Positions 1-11,420 of a DNA stretch of 64,000 nt are shown here, in pieces (the first letter of the stretch is position 1; each line of letters opens with the position of its first letter). The notes beneath the pieces are model-generated. The model did no database searches. It saw only the letters and a list, made by a program, of their open reading frames with translations, and was not told where the DNA came from. The stretch comes from Amoeboaphelidium protococcarum X5 (taxonomy: Eukaryota > Fungi > Aphelidiomycota). A program made the position numbers and the translations under genes. The stretch lies in contig JALDTO010000098.1 of assembly GCA_023515725.1 (NCBI GenBank), positions 1,390,164 through 1,454,163 of the forward strand, given 5' to 3'.

Positions 1-783
1 CTGCTTAAAGTGTTAAAGAATGGAACTTTCTTCACATTCAATGATGGTATGAGTGTTCTTCCTTCCAAGATAATGGATAAGCTGAATTCATTAAACAATG
101 TTGAAGTAATGACTAATTGCACTGTAAATTCTATACAAGCTGACTAGTAACATGTAGCCGTCTCTACGTTATGTGCCTATACTGAGAAGTTTGACCATGT
201 TATATCCACATTACCTGCTTATGCTCTGGCTGATATACTCGGGTCAGTTTAGGACCAAGTGTTACGCGACCAATTGCGATCTATCGAGTATTGTACGTTT
301 GCGCCTGTGAATATAGTTTGGCGACGCAGGATAGAACTTCCTCTTAGACCTTCTATTGGCGTTCTCTTCCCATACAATGCTGGACTTCCTGTCACTGGTG
401 TCATCATTGACACGTTCCCATTTCCTCATAGACAGCCAGCAAATAGTACAGTAATGACCGTGATGGTTGGAGGGTAGCATTTCAGTGGCACATTTGGTGA
501 TAGTCCGTAGACTGCTGACATTATCAACTATGCTCTCAGATTTGTGCGAGATAAATTCAAGATTGATGATATCCAGCCTGACATTGTAGAATGCCATATT
601 AACCATAAATGCATGCCGTAGTATCACGTTGGGCATTCAGATAAAGTTTAAATGATTAGATAGTCAATCGACTCTAAATTTAATGGTGGAATGTCCATCA
701 CTGGTGCATCCTTTGATGGAATTGGAATTCCTGATTGTATCAATAATGCTTACAATCTATCATAGAATTTAACGAAACAGTGA
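1..783 (+). CDS. HEM14: Protoporphyrinogen oxidase, 3' part (5' end outside window)
   Basis: With TAR=Gln: FTFNDGMSVLP, GVLFP, PQYHVGH, GASFDGIGIPDCI; TGA at 781-783. Confidence 0.85.
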
Positions 784-823
784 AAATGTATGAATAATAA
801 AACTATTTAATCAAGTATGGTTG

Positions 824-1990
824 TCATGTAAACTTATCAAAGATGGACATATCAATATGGCAATCTTTCAAAGCCACCCTGCACCCATCACAAACTTGAT
901 CAGATGATGATTAATCTTCAACAATATACACTACAGGAAGTGAACAAAAGTCGCATATCCGCCCATCACCCTTTGAATGAAGTTTTTTAGACGTTCTAAT
1001 TATAGTTGGAACTGTGGAAACAAATTCAGAATTGAGGCCACTGATGAACTGATCCACCAACTGATCGATACTCATCAGTTCAAATGACTGCGGAATAGGA
1101 CTTAGCTTTACAATAGCAGGGAGATTCTATACTCTGCAGCAAATCTCCACTTCATTCTAGACCATATCACATATAGGACGAAGAATGCAAAGCTATTTAG
1201 ACTCCGCATTCGTGTCCTTAGCATCATACTTATCATTATCCTTATAAAGAGGAACGGTGATGTTATGGCGCGTCTTGAATGGAATCTAATCTGCACAGCC
1301 TTTCGCGACTAATGAGATAACTTTTTAAGCCAATATATCAGCAGTGTCAGGATAACATAGAAATTGTATATCATTAACGCTGCACTCCCTGAGATGGATT
1401 CTGTACTTTAAATTATCTTCCAAATCTTAAGTTCCAGTGGGAGAAGACGCCAAATCGAAAATATCAGTGCTCAAATTACCATGATGCATCAACTGCGATT
1501 CCATCTAAATAACACGACTTTCGATGTTGATATTCGAGTATTTCAATTGAATAGACTTAAAATATTCTTAAACTGTAGATGCATCTATCGCGCTTGAATC
1601 CCTATAACCATTATACACGTACATCAGCAGCATCTTTTCAATAAACCGTTTCTATGATTGAGAATGCAATCTGCTAAAGTGTTCACATAGCAGATGGACA
1701 AGCAGCGAAGATTACAAGTCACCATAAAATACCACAGCGATACTTATCAAACGGTCGATACCTCTAAACAGCTGCATATTAGACTTGTACTTTATCCTCG
1801 CGTTAGATATCACGCAATCCTAGCACCAGAAATCATGCTTAACCTTGTGAATACCATCTGCAGTTTTACACTTTACGCATTTCAGCTATTTTGATCCTGT
1901 CTATGAGTCATCACTTTAATTTAAACCAATTTTCGCCTTCAAATGAGGATCCAGATGAAGATCTTCAATCTATTGTAGCTCTTCCACCAT
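824..1990 (-). CDS. NCS2: Cytoplasmic tRNA 2-thiolation protein 2 (Ncs2/CTU2)
   Basis: 388-aa frame: N-terminal CVKC..WCQDC, ILRPICDM, SIDQLVDQFISGL..STVPTIIRTSKKL, C-terminal CDFC/CDGC. Confidence 0.7.
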
Positions 1991-2236
1991 TATATGGGAA
2001 TTGTACGGTAGATAAATGAAGTTGATCTGTAATTCTTCTTCAGATTTTTCGCTCGTTCCCCCACAGGTCGGCACCTCTCAGGTCGGCCGGTAAGGAATTG
2101 CAGAGGAAACAACGCTCTCCTGTGAACGCGCAGTCTCGTTGTTGATTCTTTGATGAACTGAAAATTTTCAACGATTTTTTTACTCTGATTTTGGGATCAC
2201 ATTGGATAGATACTGCATATCACATTTTGTCGATTG

Positions 2237-3421
2237 ATGCCAAATCTGTGTCAAATTACTGCTGTTTAGGAGCTGCCCGCTGGATTCGAGGGTGCGGAAA
2301 AGCTGCTCGAAGTGTGGTTCGATGATGGCGCTGATGATACGCAATCGCTCAGATCTATCTGTAAAGAGGATTGGATTACACTATTAAAATTGGTGTAGTG
2401 CGAAATACTATCCCATGTATCTAATGAGTACGTGGATGCATATCTACTCAGCGAATCGTCCCTCTTCGTGTTTGATCGCAAGATTATTATAAAAACGTGC
2501 GGTACTACGACTCTACTGCTGTGTCTCGATCTTTTGCTAGAGTATGCAAAGAAATTTTGTGGTTTGAGCACCGTGTCGTACGTATTTTATAGCCGCAAGA
2601 ATTTCATGTTCCCCGAGAATTAGCCACCACCACATTGCTCCTGGACGGATGAGGTGCACTGTCTGGAGAATCACTTTGTCGGTGGAGCGGCGTATGTCGT
2701 TGGTAAGACTAACGCCTAGCATCATTGGTACTGTTTTGTGTGGGAACTCCCAGGCTGTTTGACGCAGAACGGTGCTGCATTGATCGGCTTATCACCATCA
2801 TCATCTCAGCCGTCGTCGCGCTCCGTATCGCCGGTTGGGAAAGCTGGTCCGGTTGCCGATCGCACTCTGGAAATTCTGATGACTGGTCTGAGTGATGATG
2901 CCAGACAGCTCTTCTATCCTCCTAGTGCGCGTCGCGCTGATGGTTCTCTGGTAGCATCAGAGTTATTGAGTCAAGTTTTTGGTGAGTAGTAGAGTGGCGA
3001 TGAATAGTAGAAGAATCATCAGTTGATATTGGACGATCATCTGTTTGATCCGTGTGGATACTCTTGCAATGGCATAATGGATGAAGCGTATTTTGATGTG
3101 CACGTAACTCCAGAAAAGCATTGTTCATTTGCATCATTTGAGACTAATTATATCCCTTAGAGGAATGGTGTCACGTACGAAGATATTGTACAAAAGGTGA
3201 TTAAGATTTTCAGACCGGCATCATTCACTGTGACTTTGTTCAGTGATCGCTTGGATTCCACTGGATATGGGAAGTATAACGAGCAGACTCTTGGCGCCAA
3301 GATTGATACGTTCATAAAAAAGGATCGTATTCATTATGAATTTGAAGCCTACGATCTGCTATACTATCATTATGAATCTATTGCAGATCACACTCATACT
3401 TAAGATGTCGCAACTAAATGA
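2237..3421 (+). CDS. SPE2: S-adenosylmethionine decarboxylase proenzyme
   Basis: [23 protein letters not shown] (autocleavage site), [28 protein letters not shown]. Confidence 0.95.
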
Positions 3422-3499
3422 ATTTTGAATATCCACAAAATTCGATATACCTCTTACTCTTTCATTTGTTCACTATCTCTTCGCTTGTCGGTGAAAAAA

Positions 3500-4426
3500 A
3501 TGATATCTATCTTGCAGTGGAATATCTTTATGGTGCCTCCGGTGCTCATTAACAAAGTCAAGTATCCAACGTATAGTAACAAAGAGTTCGCAACAGACAC
3601 TCGAATGTCATAAATTGTGAGCATCTTACGTCGCTATGATATTTTTGCACTCTAAGAGTCTTGGGGACCGGAATAACACGTTTTAGTGGACGCTGTCAAG
3701 TCTAAATATACACTAAGTCCTGATATAATCTCCGAATCTTATACAGCAGGTCCGTCATTTCTGAATAAATTGTTAAACTCTGCACTTCATTATTGGAACG
3801 GGTACGGAGGATTGGTGATTGGTTTTGATAGGAGCAAATTTAAGTTGGAATGGTCATTGGCGCGCTAATTCACCGTATCATAATCTTCCTCCAAAAAGGG
3901 CGTAAGAGCTGCCTGTCTATAGCTGTAAAAAGATACAACTTAGCGAATAGTAGTTATAAATACCCACCTTGATCCCGATAACGAGGCTAATAAGTTGTAA
4001 CAGTTACGGGAAATCGGTCAATTTATAAGTCACGACATCACCTAAAAGATTGCGTCTTACATTGATTTAGATGGTAAATAAGTGAAAGCCGCTGATTGTA
4101 CTATTCTCCTCTGCGGCGATTTTAATATCGGCTTTGGCTCTGAAATTTATTCACAACTCGGATAGCTAGTGGATGGATAAGTTCATATGCGTCGTTTGCT
4201 AAATACTAATCGCGACACATACGATCCAGATGGTAATCTACTAGCAACTGTGAAAGAGGCAAAAGGACATATTGATCACATCTTTCTAATTGAAAAGGTT
4301 GAGGTGCAGGGCGTTACAACAATATTCAAAACTGACATTCAAGCTCATTCAACAGTATTATCAGAATTTGATGATCATCCATGTCCAAGCGATCATTATC
4401 CCTTGCATACGAGTATTGATATTTGA
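3500..4426 (+). CDS. Endonuclease/exonuclease/phosphatase-fold protein (sphingomyelinase-like)
   Basis: QWNIF, ALQE, NTHLD, LCGDFN, IDHIF and SDHYP motifs in one TAR=Gln frame. Confidence 0.8.
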
Positions 4427-4486
4427 AATGCAAATGACAATATATAATATAGTTTTTATTCGCTTTATAAAGTCGTTTAAGACATG

Positions 4487-5408
4487 TCAAAGCTGATTAC
4501 GTTTCTTGGTGGTGTTCATGTAAGAGCGGAGGACCCATTCGTTGTCAGCCTCAGCAATATCAACTGTGCCCAACTAAATCTTGTACGGCCGCATTTCAAA
4601 TCGCGGTCCACATTCTGCCAGCTCAACTTCTTTAGAACCAGACAATTTCTAATAGACGTGGTGTCTAAATGAAATGTAGTCTGCATCGTTAGAGAATGTC
4701 ATGACGCGTTTAGTATCAGGTTTAGGCACAGGGAACAAGTACTTGAGGATACTTTTGATACGCTCTCCCAGCTTGGTTGTAAAATTATGAAATATCAGAT
4801 GAGGATACGCTTCACTTACAGTACCTTGATCTTCTATATCATGACGCATCACCACATTGTGCAGGGTGAAGTAAGCAGTTGGTCCATACGGAAAGTGACA
4901 TACAATCATACCATCAGGTTGTCCGCGATGCTCATGAAGTATCACCAGATCAGTGACTTCATTAGCGCGACATGACGCGACAACATCCTTTATAACGTAA
5001 TTACCTCTGTTAATTCGCTATGAGTTGGGAAACACAAGACGCATCTCTTTGGCAAACTACAACAATTTAGAGCTAGGATCGCGTGATGTGGTAATCAATA
5101 TCTTTGGATCAGATACACCTGCATACGCATACTCATCATCCATGTGCGTAGTTGGAGCAGACTGAGCTTCGTCATATGGCAAGTCTTTACGAATGTCTCC
5201 AACGCTACTCTTCATTTCGGATGGAAGTGGTAAGGCACCCTCCAGCGCGGCCTTCAACTTTTACTTGCGCTCATAAATCTACTGCTCCTAAGTCTCTTTG
5301 CTCTTCTTATACAGATATTCTTTCCGCAATCTGTTTTATCGTCTAATCTACACGTAATAATATTAAATATTAGAGCTATAGTTGTCGTATCATAACGAAT
5401 CTTACCAT
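4487..5408 (-). CDS. IMP4: U3 snoRNP protein Imp4; ATG-only first exon, intron 5348-5405
   Basis: [49 protein letters not shown]. Confidence 0.95.
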
Positions 5409-5503
5409 TTCCGATGATTGTTTGATCAGTTTTCTTCTTTTGCTTATCAGCAGAAGAGACAGCAGAGTGAAGGACTGATAAACCTGTGCAAATTGATTCG
5501 AAT

Positions 5504-6031
5504 ATGACCACAACGCGTAAAGGTGATAACAAGAAGGGAGCATAGAAATACAAGAATGTAACTGCATTTAAGCACAATAAGAATTCTAAATTGACCAAGA
5601 AGATTCTATCGATGCCTGTTAATGGTCTCTGCTAGCGATGCTTTGATATCATTCAATGGCGGAAAACGTATCGAAAGTACAAGCCGCTGACTTAGGCGAA
5701 GAAGTGTCCAGATTGTGAAGAGAAATCGGTGAAAGAGGCTTATCATGTATTGTGTCAGGCATGCGCGTAAAAGAAGGATGTGTGCGCCAAGTGTTTACAG
5801 AGCAAGGAGATTGTCGAAGATTTGTCACAGATTGACACGGATAAAGAGGTTGAGAAATTGAAAGAACTTTGCTTATCGTCTAATCTACCAGAGCGAAAGA
5901 AGCGGACTTATCTCCGTCGACTCGAGAGAGACGGACTGGAAGGTGTCGCAGGTCTGTCTCTTGAAGCGGCAGATGGTAGTTACTCTGATTTAGATTCAGA
6001 CTTGAGCTCAGACGATGAAGATGATTAATGA
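5504..6031 (+). CDS. C9orf85/DUF2039-like Cys-rich protein
   Basis: QKYKNVTAFKHNK, GLCQRC..IIQWRK.YRKYKPL, AYHVLCQAC, CAKC. Confidence 0.8.
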
Positions 6032-6269
6032 AAATAAACTTTATTTCTGTCTTATTTGGCGAATCTATATCATTTAATTTATTGCGCGATATACTAGCAG
6101 GTTTCGTCTAGTGAGACTGGCGACTCGACAATTATTTTATTCATCTTAGCGCTAACATACATAATATGCCAGCCTTACGCACTACTGTATGACATGCGTT
6201 TAAATGTGATTGAAAATAACTTGAAAAACTCTTTGCCGAAATCAGTTAACATTTTTTTTCCAATCTGAT

Positions 6270-7238
6270 ATGATTGGTCTCCACTAGAGAAAACGTCAAG
6301 TAGACATAAGTAAATCTTGGCGCGTATTTTACTGCAGTTTACTTCATCGTGTGGCTATGATGGAACTAAAGTAACTGAAGGCTCGTGCCTATCCTGTGGA
6401 TTTATAACTGATGGCTTTACTGTTACGCGTCAAAAATGGCTGTCTGCTTTCTAAAGTACTCTTCTTCGAGTACATAAAGGATTTTAGAACCATAGAGCTA
6501 AGTAAAGTATTCAAAGATCAGCCTAGTAAGGTTGATTTCTTGTATGAGTATTGGCTTGCATTTAAGGAGACACCATCTCACGATATTAAATGTTATGTAA
6601 ACTTTACAGATCTTACTGGTCTACTTCCTAAATTGCCTCTATCAGTAATTGCAGAGTTGCTAAGCCGGGATGATTTTGTTTACGAGCGAGAGCGATTATA
6701 ATTATTGAATGTTTTAGAATATGGGTACGGCATTGCAAGTGGCCGCAATTCTGCGCAGATATTTTGGTCAGAGCTTTCAAGTACCCTCTTCCAGTAGTTA
6801 AAGAAGTCTAATGAACATTAAAAGAATGCTGTAGTTTCATCCTACTCTGCTATCCTGAACAGATTGTCCGTACTAGGCTTTACTCAACTTTAAACTAAAC
6901 CTTTTGAAATACTGGAATTAATCTAAAGGAGGAACAGGTGCTTCTCACGAACTGAAGCTATTCATCTGGTTTAAGAACTTTTGGCTCTTATTGCCCACTA
7001 TTATTGCGTGAGTGGATAGAGTTTGGTTTTTAATACGAACAGAGAGGAGCTGTTATAGTTTTTGACTGAAATGTGGCCTATAGTGATAAATGCTGTACCA
7101 GCAGTAGTTGAAAAATACGGAGTAAATGGTAATAACTATTTGGACATAATCAGAAAAGAAATCGATAGTTTAGCTAAAAGATATGGTAGTTGGTAGAATC
7201 AAATGTTTGCTTCAAAGCTTAGAATGGGCTTTAGATGA
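6270..7238 (+). CDS. Hypothetical protein (~320 aa)
   Basis: Uninterrupted ATG-to-TGA frame under TAR=Gln; no motif recognised. Confidence 0.55.
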
Positions 7239-7467
7239 TATGCAATTGCTTCTGTGTATTGAACACGCGTATAGTTTTCAATATTGGATTCCAAGTTATC
7301 TGGAATAAGGGCAGTAATATTAGCAAAGGACAGCTGTTCAGGTGGTTTGCCTTATATTTCAAGTTGTTCATTATAAAGTTTAATCGTGATTTACAACTAC
7401 ATATATGCATAATTGAATCTATATTTTCTATTTCGATATTGATATCATCATTCAGCACGTAACTTGT

Positions 7468-9003
7468 TCAAGTTCGCGACCACACGTAGGAGAGCAGGTT
7501 TTATATTGGACTCGAGTTGGAGCTAGAGTTCAGCGTTTGTTAAAAGCTGTCTTTACAAGTGACAGAGCATAGAGCCTCACCAAATTACACGTCCATTTCG
7601 CCAGCGAAGCTAAGTGTCTCGCGTAATTCATTCTAGTTGTTGATGAAAGGCCGTTCGCACACCGTGCACACTTACGCATGACAATCGATATCTCGCTAAA
7701 CTTCATACGGCAGGTAGTTGAGAAGCAATTACCAATTATCAAATGGCAGCTACTTAATTAAAGAATCCGAACACAGCAATCTTAGACTCATAATCTTGCC
7801 ACTTTATTTGCCGTAATCCTGTTATGGACCAAATCTAAAACTTTTGATTGATTCCACTCTTTTCAGATTGAATGGCAAGTATCGCAGTCGGTTACTCGAC
7901 AGGTCCAAAAATTGCAAGCTCTTCTCTAGATTCTATATGCAGGATACGGGAAGACTCATTGATTATATTCTATTCTTCTTCAGATTGATATAGTTGACAT
8001 TGGGGAGGTGAAACACCTCGTCCGCGTTCACCAGCTAATTGTTGGACGCGTCAAATTTCTGTAAACTCGAAAGCTTCGGTAACCATGAGCCAATACAAGT
8101 CAACTGATTATTGTAGACGGGCAAAACTTTGAGCAATTGGAGCTTGGAGAGATCAGGTAGCGATGATAATTCATTGCAACAGAGTCCTAGATCTATCATG
8201 TTTGTGAGGCGACTGAAACTTTATGGTAGCTCTCTCAGCTTGTTGTAGCTCAAATTCAGCCACTGCAATCTGTATAGTGCACCAAATTCTTCAGGTAGAC
8301 TCGAAAGTTCATTATAACTTAAATCTAATTTAACCAACTACTTTAAATTACTAATACCGGAGGATATTGATTTAATTTTGTTCGAAAAGAGGCCAAGTTT
8401 CTCCAACTATTACAAACTATAAACACATGTGGGAATCTCATCAAGTCCACAATTCGACAAACCAAGAGAAGTCAGATTCTACAGCTAACCGATACTACCA
8501 GGCAAACCTTCAATTGGATTATGCGTGACATCAAAAAATTCTAACATCTGTAGATAGGAAATCCATTCTGGAATATCCGTGATGTTGTTAGAGCTCACAC
8601 TCAATCGTTTCAACTTACGACACTTCACAAGCGTATCAGGCAAGGATTGAAGTTCTACATGCAAACAGGGATGTATCAAGTTATATCATCATTAGTTTAA
8701 AACTTACTATTCTTGTTAAGATTTATAAATTTAGTGTACTGATTAAGTAGATGTTCAGGAAACTCTCGCAACTCCCTGTCAACTTGATATATCTCAGTGG
8801 CGACTTGAAACTCTTCTTAATCTCTTCTATTCACAAAAGCGGAAGATACAACCATATCGTCCGTGGACTGTTAGGTGTTGGATGGCCCACTCGCTGGCTA
8901 TTCTTGTCTACTCTGAACCTATCCCATGTTGATTGATTATATGTGTTTCTATATATCTAGATCTGCGGGGTGATTTATAAAAAGAAGAGCAGATGTTTGT
9001 CAT
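7468..9003 (-). CDS. Leucine-rich repeat protein with C-terminal Cys motif (spliced; exon limits approximate)
   Basis: [30 protein letters not shown] repeats; C-terminal [14 protein letters not shown]; GTAAGT..TGTAG intron near 8655-8705. Confidence 0.7.
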
Positions 9004-9116
9004 GGAAACACTGTAGTTTCGCCATCGCCTTTGACTACCGAGGACTCTAAAACAACATTAAAAGTCACTTTATTACTAGAGCTTTCTTCTATTAATTAAT
9101 CATAAACAAGACCGTA

Positions 9117-10067
9117 TCATTATAACTTGGCATTATAAGAATCGAGATCGAAATCCGACAAGTCTACGAGTTGACTCTAAACAAACTGAGATTCCTTGAG
9201 ATAAGAATAACCATCACTATAAGCGCGAACTCTAACAGGAAGAAACGCGTGCCACCACTTGTACCGGGAGCCAATACTGAAGAAGAGGCGGAGATTCATC
9301 CATCTACCGCAGTCATAGGGATTCCTATATGATTAGCCTCGCGACTTGGCAGCTTCATGTTCATATGTGTTGTTGTAAAATTCAATCGTGGTCTAATTGC
9401 TAAGTACAAGATATGAAGTCCAAGCAACGAAACCACCTAGAGCGAACATTAATGTAGCAGCGAGCATAAAACACAAAACTATCCATTTGACGTTGTGGTA
9501 GCCGTAAATCTCCAAATTAGATCCACTTATTACATCCATAAACGGTCTCCAGATCCAAAACAAAAAGTATATTGTTCCCACCCACAAATACACCATAAAC
9601 AGATAAAAATACCGATGATTCTACAGCCCAACACAGTTATTAATCCATGGACAATGATGACACATTTTCATACGACAACACCCGCATACTGAGCAATGGT
9701 GAGCGCGTTCTGGCTTCAGGCGATCACATTTTCTACACACTTTCCTCTAGGACACCGCGGATTGCTCAGTCTGTGACATGAGAGCTTCACACTACAGTGC
9801 AGGAGTTCCGGGGTCGGTAAATATGGCACAAAAATAGTTGAAGAACACCATGATCACGATGTATCCACTGAAAATAATATGACACAGATAATAAAGTGAT
9901 GATAATGTAGTCTTGGAATTATTTTAGATCTAGAGAGGCAATAGAATAGCATAAAAGCAGCATACAGATATACCAATTAAAACACATGCAAAAACAATCA
10001 AGATGGGACCAAGATATCGAACAAACTTGTCCATAAAATCCATACATATTCTGATAACATTTGGCAT
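9117..10067 (-). CDS. DHHC-family palmitoyltransferase (motif reads CHHC)
   Basis: [47 protein letters not shown]. Confidence 0.9.
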
Positions 10068-10209
10068 TACGGCGTAGAGGTTCCTTAATTGTGAACCGAT
10101 TTTCTGCGCGAAGAAGAGAAGGAAACATGACTGAAGTTCATCAGTATACGGTATCAAAGATAGATTGCTTTATAGGATTTTCCGTACACATGAAATAAAT
10201 GCAAAAGCT

Positions 10210-10231
10210 TATATATATATATATATATATA
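10210..10231. repeat. (TA)n microsatellite at the edge of the Fanzor1-containing non-coding block
   Basis: tatatatatatatatatatata seen directly. Confidence 0.85.
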
Positions 10232-10465
10232 AAATTGGAAAGAGAACCAGAAATCTAAATAAATCATTTAGACTTTTCGCAGTCTCAATTGTATCGTGGT
10301 TGCTAAGGTCCGACATAAAGTTCGTGGTCTTTAGGATCACATGTGCATCGGCCATCAGAGTCCATGCGTTCTTCTTTATTAATAAAAAAATTTCAGCTAC
10401 CCCTGAAATTTTTAGATTAATACATCGTGTCAAATTAGCACATGTTGATATAATTTAGTTCTACA

Positions 10466-10935
10466 ACCGCCAATAGTCTTAGAATATGCTCTATAATAGC
10501 CATGCCAAATTTCATGTCCATACTCCATCGGGAACATATTCAACTCTCACATGCCCAATTTGACGCCTACATGAATCGCTTGGAAAACACGTAAAATTCT
10601 ATGATCACCTTATAGAAGATTTCATGACAAGCTGAAATATGGTAGTAATAATTATAATTTGTTGTATTATATTGCAAAATTTACGCGTCAAAGTTAAAAT
10701 TCTAATTACCCCTTAGTGAATTTCAGCAATGAGTTTAAACGGCCGTCGCCATCAAATCTAAATTGCGATTAAAACGACTTTAACACCGCTTTATGTCATT
10801 TTTCTCTACAAGTGCCGATAGCCATAGACTGTGCCATGCTGCAATCATACAAAATTTCATGTCTATACTCCGATGGGAACCGAATCAACTCGCAACCACC
10901 CACTTTGGCAGCTATACATTCCACTAGGAAAATGA
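10466..10935 (+). repeat. Two diverged ~120-bp direct repeats (about 10466-10590 and 10812-10935)
   Basis: catgccaaatttcatgtccatactccatcgggaacatattcaactc vs catacaaaatttcatgtctatactccgatgggaaccgaatcaactc. Confidence 0.8.
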
Positions 10936-11420
10936 GTTATTTTTAAAAATATTCGTATATAGCATAAAAATATTTATCTTGAATTGCTTTTTAAAAGTGA
11001 GTTGTCAAAATTAATGGACCTTAAGACGCGTTAAATTTGACACAAAGTGCCCTGCAATGGAAAAGTTCAAACAATTCAAACTGTCCCTCAAATCGCTGTC
11101 TAAAATAAATCGGGAATTGTTGCTCTTTGTTCGAAACTAATTAATACAATTGTAACTTTAGTAAACGTAGCTCATCTGATAAATAGAAACGCCTCTAAAT
11201 TATTTGTTAAATTTTGCAGGAGATAGAGTGTGTCGTGATTAACATTTCGTGATTGGTTGATAATATTTCGAAATTCTAGAAACCCAATCTGGTTTAAAAA
11301 TAAGTTATCGTCACGTCTATTTATAAATTTAAAATAGACAATCAACGTTCAGATCTATTATTTTCACTTTCATTTCTCTAATATCGCGTTATCATTTTAT
11401 CAAGTTGATAAGTACAGGTC

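Noticed and set aside
2070-2110. SRP RNA helix 8, TPP riboswitch or glycine riboswitch
   Set aside because: Only partial word matches (TCAGG..GCAG, CTGAGA); spacing, order and length do not fit.
2280-2470. CUN codon reassignment suggested by the odd tRNA-Leu genes
   Set aside because: CTG and CTA fall at conserved Leu positions (EKLLEVW, YLLSES), and the tRNAs lack G3:U70.
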